This document shows, piece after piece, positions 9,365-17,100 of a stretch of 32,000 bases of DNA. Positions within the stretch are counted from its first letter, which is position 1; each line of letters opens with the position of its first letter. The position numbers and the translations under genes are program-made. The notes under the pieces were generated by a model that did not search any database, was not told where the DNA came from, and was given only the letters and a program-made list of their open reading frames with translations. This DNA comes from Acaryochloris marina S15. Its GTDB lineage: Bacteria > Cyanobacteriota > Cyanobacteriia > Thermosynechococcales > Thermosynechococcaceae. The stretch lies in assembly GCF_018336915.1 (NCBI RefSeq), contig NZ_CP064924.1, positions 150,001 to 182,000 of the forward strand, in the 5' to 3' direction.

Positions 9365-9538
9365 GATTCTGACTGAAGTGAAGTCTTTGCTCCACTTCCC
9401 TGATTTACTCTTGGCAATCATCAGAACGTGCTGCCGGGAGACTGTTGAGAACACCTTGAGACGGGCGCCATTTCGTCTCCTGAGCGTTCCGAGGAAGTAC
9501 ACGAGATGATTCTGAGGCGAGTAGACTAAATCGCGCAT
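9281..9538 (-). pseudogene. Small operon gene with its 3' end replaced by the IS insertion
   Basis: GGAGGA SD 7 nt before the ATG at 9538. The ORF crosses the IS right end at 9364/9365. Deleting the IS and one TSD copy restores a 71-aa ORF ending at TAG 7819-7821, 10 nt before the PAPS-reductase-like start. Confidence 0.5.
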
Positions 9539-9586
9539 GAGAGTTTCCTCCAATATTTAGTTGGCTAATTGGGGTTGTGGCTCCCC

Positions 9587-9880
9587 TTAAACTTCGATAT
9601 AGGTGACGGCAAACGCACCCTCAATATCTGCATTGCACTTTCTAAAGCAGTAGCAATCACTATCGATTTCTAGGGGATATTCCATCCAAAATCCTTGATG
9701 AACCTGTTGAGCTTCAGCAGGACAATCTGGAACAGATTCAGCGTTAACAGCTTGGATAAAAGGAACTGGATCGTGATGACCGATGGCATAGTAGCCAAAC
9801 AGGTCACCGCTCCAATCACAACCCACTTCCCGCAGTTCTTGAATCTCAATCGAGGCTGTCAACGGTTTAAGGCACTGCAT
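9587..9880 (-). CDS. Hypothetical small acidic protein
   Basis: 97-aa ORF with AGGAGG SD upstream of the ATG. D/E-rich with several Cys. No family recognised. Confidence 0.6.
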   Translation of the reverse strand: MQCLKPLTASIEIQELREVGCDWSGDLFGYYAIGHHDPVPFIQAVNAESVPDCPAEAQQVHQGFWMEYPLEIDSDCYCFRKCNADIEGAFAVTYIEV

Positions 9881-9975
9881 GATTTACCTCCTATTTGAGT
9901 GATGCGATTTTTTAGAAATTCGATAGTTGTTCAAAAGTTGATTCTTAGGCTGACATCGGCGTAGATAGCCACGTC

Positions 9976-10233
9976 TCACACCTGGGCCAGCACCTTCGAT
10001 CCTGCCTCCGTCTGATCACCCTCATCCATCGTTTGAAGATTCTTCAGATATCCTGGGGTTGCTCGTATTCCTCGCTTGTGACCGCAGCTCTCACAAATCC
10101 AACGACAGTAGGGACGACCAGAGGATTTATGAATCAATACTTGGGATGCGATCGCAAACTTCAGTTGATGACAACTAAAGCAACGACGAACTAACGGCAC
10201 CTCTAAGGGCCGCACAGATTTTTTGGAAAACAT
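9976..10233 (-). CDS. Hypothetical zinc-ribbon-like protein
   Basis: 85-aa ORF with CFSC...CESC cysteine pairs. Same strand as the array. Confidence 0.5.
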   Translation of the reverse strand: MFSKKSVRPLEVPLVRRCFSCHQLKFAIASQVLIHKSSGRPYCRWICESCGHKRGIRATPGYLKNLQTMDEGDQTEAGSKVLAQV

Positions 10234-10272
10234 GATAAATTTTTCCTAGTAGTTTTAATTGGTTATTGGCTG

Positions 10273-10304
10273 AGGCGATTCTTCTAGTTGGGAATCGCCT
10301 TTTT
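10273..10304 (+). terminator. Hairpin AGGCGATTC/GAATCGCCT followed by a T-run on the + strand
   Basis: 9-bp stem, 10-nt loop and TTTTT read directly. It is antisense to the surrounding minus-strand array. Confidence 0.45.
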
Positions 10305-10455
10305 CATTGATTCGATTGAGTCAAGACAGCCCTAACTACGGGGTTTCTGGTGCTTCCACTCCAGATAGGACTTGATGACATCGCAGTGGCAGGGCAAGGG
10401 AGCGCACCGTGATATGTTGTTCCTTGAGAAATGGAAATATGAATTACATAGTCCA

Positions 10456-10488
10456 AGGCGATTTTCAGGTATGGGAATCGCCTTTTTT
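10456..10488 (+). terminator. Second copy of the GGCGATT/AATCGCC hairpin with T6 on the + strand
   Basis: 8-bp stem AGGCGATT/AATCGCCT, 12-nt loop, TTTTTT. The stem sequence is shared with the hairpin at 10273. Confidence 0.45.
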
Positions 10489-10596
10489 CAAGGAATTTCT
10501 TGGTAGTCCTATGACTTGGGATGTTGGGAATGCTGTCAGAGTGGGAACCCTAAGCACATGTCTTATTCATTAGAATTCCAAAGGTAGCTTTCTGAG

Positions 10597-10911
10597 TTAG
10601 CTGCCTTTTTTGTTGCTCAAGCCAACCTCACACCAGGCAATCCAAGATTTCGCCAACTGGCAATCAGTGACATCATCAGGCACCCCTGCCCAGAACAGCT
10701 CGAAGGCTTGCTGAGCTTGCCAGAAATAAGCAAAATACCCCTCGCGCACCGACCAGTTGCACAACAGAAGATTGCGGAGAAACAGGGCTTGGAAGGGATG
10801 AAGGCGACCAGGATAGATCGGAAGCCCCTCATCCTCACAAAAGCCCTTGATATCTTCCCGGCAATATTCCGTCAAGGTTTTCAGTGCTTGCCAGTCGATG
10901 GTCAGGTTCAT
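10597..10911 (-). CDS. Hypothetical protein
   Basis: I chose the ATG at 10911 because it overlaps the upstream stop (ATGA at 10908-10911). The track start at 10959 would overlap the upstream gene by 50 nt. Confidence 0.55.
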   Translation of the reverse strand: MNLTIDWQALKTLTEYCREDIKGFCEDEGLPIYPGRLHPFQALFLRNLLLCNWSVREGYFAYFWQAQQAFELFWAGVPDDVTDCQLAKSWIAWCEVGLSNKKGS

Positions 10912-11354
10912 ATACCAAACTTTTTCTGAGCAGATATGAATAAGGTACTGGCCGCACACTTGAGTGTCTCTTCAGCCACTCCAGACTCCCCTAGTGCCCT
11001 GGATGCCTGCTTGAAGCAGAACGCATAGAGATCCGCTCGACTCATGATGTAACTTGCGATCGCACTTTTAGTATCCGCATCCAACTCTCCAGTATCCAGG
11101 GGTGGAGCCTCGACCACCGGAGGCTGACCTGGAACCGGGGCTTGCTCCACCAGGCTGTACTTTCCTTTGCTATCCTTAGCGACCTGGACAGGTTGGCCTT
11201 TGCGGAGAGCTTTGAGCACTGCATCATCGGGATTACCCCAAATCTTTATATCTTCTCCATCAGGGAGTGTGATTTTTGCATTGAGTCTTGGACCATGCTG
11301 GGTATCCCATTCTTTAGCGGGAAATTTGACCTTAGCAGTTAGTATTTGTGTCAT
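10908..11354 (-). CDS. Hypothetical protein with Pro-rich linker
   Basis: 148-aa ORF. ATGA overlap with the upstream gene at 11351-11354. No family recognised. Confidence 0.6.
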   Translation of the reverse strand: MTQILTAKVKFPAKEWDTQHGPRLNAKITLPDGEDIKIWGNPDDAVLKALRKGQPVQVAKDSKGKYSLVEQAPVPGQPPVVEAPPLDTGELDADTKSAIASYIMSRADLYAFCFKQASRALGESGVAEETLKCAASTLFISAQKKFGI

Positions 11355-11590
11355 TGTTCTGCTCCTTCTAATACCTCCATCAGTCCTGGCAAATTCTTAT
11401 TCGAAGCAGCCAGCAGATCAGGAGGAATCACTGATAACACTTGGGGAGAGAACCCCCAGATCAAGATTGCCGGGTCAATTCTTCCAGCTTTAACAAAGGC
11501 GATTGCTTGTTCTATCGATAACTGACACCAGGCATTCTCTGGATGGGGAGCTGGTACAGGGGGCAGAGTCGGCAGGGCAGAAGTGGTCAT
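11351..11590 (-). CDS. Hypothetical small protein
   Basis: 79-aa ORF, GGAG 8 nt upstream, translationally coupled to the next gene. Confidence 0.55.
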   Translation of the reverse strand: MTTSALPTLPPVPAPHPENAWCQLSIEQAIAFVKAGRIDPAILIWGFSPQVLSVIPPDLLAASNKNLPGLMEVLEGAEQ

Positions 11591-11638
11591 GAGTTTTTCT
11601 CCAGATACGCGAAACCCCCAGCGAATAAGCCAGGGGAA

Positions 11639-11671
11639 TTAATAGGTGTGAAGTCTTTTAATAGGTGTGAA
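11639..11671. repeat. Two direct copies of TTAATAGGTGTGAA spaced 19 nt apart
   Basis: Copies at 11639-11652 and 11658-11671 in the upstream region of the 11590 gene. Candidate operator. Confidence 0.6.
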
Positions 11672-11756
11672 ATGAGGAGGAAGATTTAAGCTAGCTTGTA
11701 GGTGGATGCGATTGCTAACGAGCAGCAGGTGATCGCATCCGCTAAGACCAGGATTG

Positions 11757-11912
11757 CTAAACCCTACACCAATAAACCAACCTCAACCCCATTGCAGCAA
11801 CATACTCCCTGATGACCGACCCAAGGCTTTCCTGGGTTTGGGCCTGCTGAAAGTCAATGAGCTGGAACGTGCGGCCATTCCAGACTTCGATTTTGGCAAT
11901 GTGGATTTTCAT
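11757..11912 (-). CDS. 51-aa small protein (MKIHIAKIEVWNGRTFQLIDFQQAQTQESLGSVIREYVAAMGLRLVYWCRV)
   Basis: Below the track cutoff. GGAGG 8 nt upstream of the ATG, and the sequence is non-repetitive. It explains the antisense 124-aa low-complexity track ORF as a shadow. Confidence 0.4.
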   Translation of the reverse strand: MKIHIAKIEVWNGRTFQLIDFQQAQTQESLGSVIREYVAAMGLRLVYWCRV

Positions 11913-12139
11913 GGGATTGCCTCCGATGATTCAGAAGAAAGCCCCCTAGCAGTGAACCAGGGGGCAAATGAGTGTGAGGGGAACAAGAAGGATAAGAAAG
12001 AAAAGAGAAGGTTTTGGGGGAGGGGGGTGCTGTTAATTGAGTTACAAGGCTTGGAGATATCCCGCCAATATTTCAGAAGAAAAACCCCGGACAGTAGATG
12101 CCGGGGTGCTTTGGAGATAATGAAATGAAGGAATGGGAA

Positions 12140-12370
12140 TTACCTTAACACTGCGGGAACGATGATGGCAATTACAGCCGTTGCAATCAAACCAAAGGCC
12201 AGGTTGATGAGCAGTTTCGAGGCTTCCCAGTAGGTGTCAGTTCGTTCATTAGCTGCTCGAACATCTTTATCGAGAGCTTCGACCTTGGTTGTTAGCTCCT
12301 GAATCTGGCCTGACATCGTTGTTAGAGCCTGTTCAATCGGATTATTGCTTTCAGGTGTAGATGCTGTCAT
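12140..12370 (-). CDS. Small coiled-coil protein with C-terminal transmembrane anchor
   Basis: AAGGAG 6 nt before the ATG at 12370. C-terminal LLINLAFGLIATAVIAIIVPAVL hydrophobic helix. Confidence 0.55.
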   Translation of the reverse strand: MTASTPESNNPIEQALTTMSGQIQELTTKVEALDKDVRAANERTDTYWEASKLLINLAFGLIATAVIAIIVPAVLR

Positions 12371-12455
12371 TGCAAGCTCCTTGGTTACTGTCATTGTATC
12401 AATCAGAGAAGAAGGGCACCCCAGCCAAGAGCCAGGGCGCAGAAGGGACGGGATA

Positions 12456-12800
12456 CTAGTACTCGCTGGAGTGCATCAGAGTCAGAACTCGGGTGGTGAC
12501 AGCGGTATTACCGGGTTCATCCGAGCCGTACTCCAGTTTTTTGTCAAAGTAGTCAATCTTCCAGAGATATTGCTCTCCTTTGAACTCGATCCGCCCGTAA
12601 TCGTGTTCTTGCCACGGGTCATTATCTTCCGTGAAATCATCGAACACACGGACCAGTCGAAAGAGTTCTTGCTGAGCTTCTGACGAAAGACCTTTAACAA
12701 GCTGAGTAGTGTAGACCTGACCTAGGGTATGGTCACCCTTACGAAAGCGGTCATTGAGCTGGGCAATGGTGGGGGCTTGGGTTACTTCTGTAGTGGTCAT
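12456..12800 (-). CDS. DUF3768 domain protein
   Basis: FDDFTEDNDPWQEHDYG...WKIDYFDKKLEYGSDEP...TTRVLTLM matches the DUF3768 consensus as I recall it. The internal ATG at 12800 with AGAGGA upstream is preferred over the track start at 13076, which would overlap the next gene. Confidence 0.7.
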   Translation of the reverse strand: MTTTEVTQAPTIAQLNDRFRKGDHTLGQVYTTQLVKGLSSEAQQELFRLVRVFDDFTEDNDPWQEHDYGRIEFKGEQYLWKIDYFDKKLEYGSDEPGNTAVTTRVLTLMHSSEY

Positions 12801-12864
12801 AAGATTGTCCTCTGAAATTCCTGAAACGGTCGAAGGGGCAGAGGTTGCCCCTTCGATGGATGGT

Positions 12865-13158
12865 CTAGAATTCGTCTTCGTATGCATCCTCAGCCCGGAG
12901 CTGACGGGATGAGGGAACTGTCTCCCAATGACTAAGTCGGGCATTGGGGCCAAATTGCTGCTTGACCCAATCTCTGAGCCGATCACCGAGTGAGCCAGGT
13001 CGATTCTTGACAGCGAAGTAGTATTCTTTTGAGTCTCCCCCATCGCGAATACCAGGCCAGAACTCAACCTGAACAAAGACTAGGAAATATTCAGGATGGA
13101 GTGGATCTGTAACTCGTTCATCGATCCACTGCTCTAGTTGCGTTAAGGTAGTTGGCAT
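12865..13158 (-). CDS. Hypothetical acidic protein, first gene of the minus-strand array
   Basis: 97-aa ORF with AAGGAAA upstream. No family recognised. Confidence 0.55.
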   Translation of the reverse strand: MPTTLTQLEQWIDERVTDPLHPEYFLVFVQVEFWPGIRDGGDSKEYYFAVKNRPGSLGDRLRDWVKQQFGPNARLSHWETVPSSRQLRAEDAYEDEF

Positions 13159-13384
13159 CTGTATTTCCTTTGTTAATTGGTTTACAGAGAGAGCCGCTGA
13201 GGTTCCGGCAAGAAAAGCAGCGGCTCTATTTAATAGATATTTTTTGAAATCATTCAGTTTGTAGCACTGAAGGGCATCGGGCTATCCCCGGTGGCTGCGG
13301 TATCAGCAGTTTGACCAGCACTCAGCAGAACTCGCTTATTCAGTTAGTTTGCAACCCTGGATTTTTGTTTTTTGGTGAGGCCGT

Positions 13385-13412
13385 TTGCTTTCCTCATCCA
13401 TGTATCTATAAT
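13385..13412 (+). promoter_or_regulatory. Candidate sigma-70 promoter for the XRE gene
   Basis: TTGCTT (13385-13390), 16-nt spacer, TATAAT (13407-13412), about 100 nt upstream of the ATG at 13509. Confidence 0.4.
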
Positions 13413-13508
13413 ATCAAATTCATTTATATAAATCAACTTTATTTTTAGTTTGCTCTTTTATTTGGAAAAAGCTAAGCTATTCGGTAGTTCCGTAATTAGG
13501 GAGGCTAT

Positions 13509-13754
13509 ATGCTGACTCTGTTGAAGTTGGTCGAGAATTTGGAACTCAGTTTCAGTCAGTGGTTTCTCTTAACACGTCGAACTCAGGGATTAACTCAAGA
13601 CGATGTAGCTGAGGCACTTGGTATTAGCGGTCAGTCAGTTAGTAATTGGGAAAGAGGCCGTTCTATTCCTACACTGACCATTGATCAGATAAAAACTTTA
13701 TGCAGAATTCTAAACTGCACCCTGGATGACATTCCTAATGCTGATGTTGAATAA
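13509..13754 (+). CDS. XRE-family helix-turn-helix transcriptional regulator
   Basis: LTQDDVAEALGISGQSVSNWERGRSIP is a canonical HTH_3 motif. GGGAGG SD upstream. Confidence 0.85.
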   Translation: MLTLLKLVENLELSFSQWFLLTRRTQGLTQDDVAEALGISGQSVSNWERGRSIPTLTIDQIKTLCRILNCTLDDIPNADVE

Positions 13755-13990
13755 ACTGACTTTGGCTTAAATTGCTCTTGCTGACATCAGTAAAATGTTC
13801 AAGCAAATAGAAGTGATGCCTGAAATTATTTGAGAGATTAACAGTCCATAGCCTAATCGACTATCGCAGCCTTAACTGGATCAAACCATTCAGGGTAATC
13901 GTGCTCAAAATCTATACATACATGGCAGAAACAAGCCACTGCCGAAATTCAAGGAGGTGAGAACAATGTAATCCCATTAAACGTAAAAAA

Positions 13991-14019
13991 CCCCGACTGG
14001 TCGAAGAGTCAGGGCTTTT
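13991..14019 (+). terminator. Intrinsic-terminator-like hairpin between the XRE gene and rep
   Basis: CCCCGACT/AGTCAGGG stem (7 of 8 pairs) flanked by AAAAAA upstream and CTTTT downstream. Confidence 0.5.
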
Positions 14020-14198
14020 AAGCGTCCAAGCACTCCCAATATTTCAGGGGACTTAAACTCAATGCTATTTTCCAGAGCATGTTTTGGGTCTCCAAAGGAG
14101 CCGTATGTCCATCTTAGCTCAAGATACATTCAGGTCAAGATTGCTATGGGCAATTTCTGACCAAAGGCTTCCTATCACTACGTCTAGGGAACCTATTC

Positions 14199-17100
14199 AT
14201 GAACTCATCCCAATCCTTCATCCCCACCCGCAAGGGCAACCCCTGCGACCTCTGCGGGGACTTCAAAGGAAAATGCAGCACCGTCGAAAACCTCCATCTC
14301 TGCATGTCCCTCTCAGGCCAGATCGCAGGCTATCGCTATCTCGGCCAGTCCAAAGATGGACTCTGGGGTAAATATGTCGTAGACAATGGGCAGAACCTCC
14401 GTCAGGAAGACCGGGAACGCAGATGGCAAGAGCAACGGATTCTTAGAGAAAAACGTGCCCAAGCCGAAGCCAAACGTCACGCCCAATCCCTCCCTGCACC
14501 AGAACGGGATCGGCTCTACCGCCAGCTCCTAGGTCAACTCACCTTGCACCCAGCAGATCGGGCTGACTTGTATCGTCGTGGATTTACAGATGATCAGATC
14601 AAAGACTGGGGCGTGAAATCAGTCGATCAGTGGCAATCGCTTACGACAGAGCTACCCCATACCTTGCCAGGGGTGAACTTGGATGGCAGATCGATCAATA
14701 CTCCAAGGCCAGGATATTTGTGTCCAATCCTTGATGCAGATAATCTGATCGTCGGATTCCAGATCAGATCCCGCAGTTCTGAAAGGGGGCGCTATTATTG
14801 GCTGACAGGAAAGACTAGGAAACGACCCAACGGACCCACACCCCACCTTCCCACTGGTGAACTCCCTCTATCCATTCACCAGCCAGAGCAGATCACTAGA
14901 GACTCAATCGCCCTCGTAGAGGGAACTGGGGCCAAGCCTCGCATTCTTGCTCAACGACTTGGACTCATTGCCATCGGCGCGGCAGGGGGATTGTTTGCGG
15001 CATCCCCTGAAACATTGAAAGCAACTCTGGCTCAGCTCGGCACAACCACTATCGAGTTTTACCCAGATGCCGGGGCTATTCAGAACAAGTCAGTGTTGCG
15101 ACAATACCGGGCAACTTGGGAACTTCTCAAGGATTGGGGCTACAGTGTTAGGGTCGCATGGTGGAAGCAGACCGATAAACGCATCCATCTTGACATTGAT
15201 GAACTGGACGACATTAGTCAGATTCGGTTGTTGTCAGTGGCCGATTTTGAACAGATTGTGGCCCAGTGCAACCGATTACTGCACAAGCTCCAAGACGTTC
15301 TCACAACGTTTATCCGTCCTTCATCACCGACCCTAGGGTTTGCGACTTCTAATGAACAACAAACCCAGACCCCTAACCTTCGTAGAACGAAGCGAACTGC
15401 ATCATATGATGAGTGTGCTGAAATACTACATACAGCAAGTCGTCGAGCTAGACGATCCCATCCCCGTGTTGCACGACTGCTTAAAGCCCATCGAAGACAG
15501 CAACATGTTTCAAGACTTCGACTGGAAAACTATCGAAGACGCATTAGAAGACGTGCTGCAACATCGACAGACCACTCAGGGCGCAGCATCCATAGCAGCC
15601 CTGGAAATCACGGGACTCTCAATACAACAACGCCTCTAGTCCACGAATACCAACCTGGCGAACGACTCCAGACCTGGCAAACCCTCATCTCATCGGGTTT
15701 TCCCTATATCCTCGATACCTCCCAACCGGGTACAGGTAAAAGCTACGACTCTGGGAACATCAACCCGATTGACTTCAAGGTATCTCAGGTCATCTATCTC
15801 TCAGACCAGCACCGAAATCCCACCGTATCAACCCTAGAACGTGGGAATGGCTGGAATGACCTAGAAGCTAGACATGGGGGGCTGAATCGGGTCGGCAATC
15901 GACTTCAGCGATCTGCCAAGGGTGATATGTATGCAGTTCCTGCCAACTGTAGTCGGATTGGGGTCTTGAATGCCCTACGGGATAAGAATATCCCTGGTGC
16001 CGATACTGCCAATTTGATCTGTGGAACCTGCGTGGCTAGAGAAGCCTGCATCAATGCGGAAGGTCCAGGGTATGGGTATTTGAACCAGCGGCGTAATGTC
16101 CTGGGTTCACCCCTACTGAGGGCACACCCTGATAGTCTGCCTGACCCAGAGGATTATCCCCTGGAAAACTCGATGTTGATCTGGGATGAACCGGGACAGA
16201 ACTATCAGGTTAAGCAGTCTGTAGTTGTCACCTTCAACGACTTGCAGCAAACAATCTCAACCCTCATTCTTTATCCTGAAGTGTTCGCCTTAGTGCAACC
16301 TTTACTAGTGGCACTGCTACCCCTGTTAGATGGGTCCGAGAACCTGGGCAAGTATGGCCTGAAGCATCTGGAGGTGAAAGGAAAACTCCCCGATATGGCA
16401 GGGGTAAAGCTTGGTGAAATTGCTCTGCTACTATCCCCTAACCTAGGCTTTCTCAACACCACATCAGACTATGGGGTGGACCTTGCGGATTTGCCCAAGC
16501 AACTCAGAAAGGCATTCTCTGAACGAGACTCCGAGATGGCAGAGCAGGCTAGGAATGGGGTCGTTAAGCAATGGCTGGTTCCCCTAATCCGCATACTGCA
16601 AGGTGGAGCAGGATGTGTCCAGGTTAGTCACTATGGCCTTGTTCTGAACACCCCAACCCCTCGACATCGAGCCTTAGCTCAAGCTGCCCAAGCCAATGTG
16701 TTCCTCGATGCCACCTTATCCCGTGAAGACTTAGCCCTAAAGCTGGGTTGTTCTCCTGATGAAATTCTAGTCGTGCAGCAAGCCGTCCCAGATACCGGAA
16801 ACCTGGAGGTGATTCAGGTGAAGGACATGGGACGAGTGGGCATGAGTCGGGGTGGCGATCAGACCAAGCGCATTGGGGCCTTAGCTCAGCATTACCAAGA
16901 CTTGGATGCAGTGAATACCCGAACGATTGACTTCAAGAAGTTTGAGAAGGATGGGGCCTGGTGGCGGGATAGCCGAGGGGTTAATGATTTTCTTACAGTC
17001 CAGACCCTAGTCCTCGTGGGCACTCCCTGCCGTAACCTCAATGACCTCGCTGCTGAGTTTGCGATTGTCTGTGGGTATTACCCAGAAGACGATGACCCGC

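Noticed and set aside
10148-11063. HIP1 (GCGATCGC) sites at 10148-10155 and 11056-11063 as proof of cyanobacterial origin
   Set aside because: Two copies in 32 kb is only slightly above random expectation (about 0.5). I use it as weak supporting evidence only.
11754-12128. 124-aa + strand ORF
   Set aside because: It has a low-complexity K/E/G/R-rich C-terminus and no SD, and it is antisense to a better-supported SD-preceded 51-aa ORF. It is also the only + strand ORF in a 12-kb minus-strand array. I treated it as a shadow ORF.
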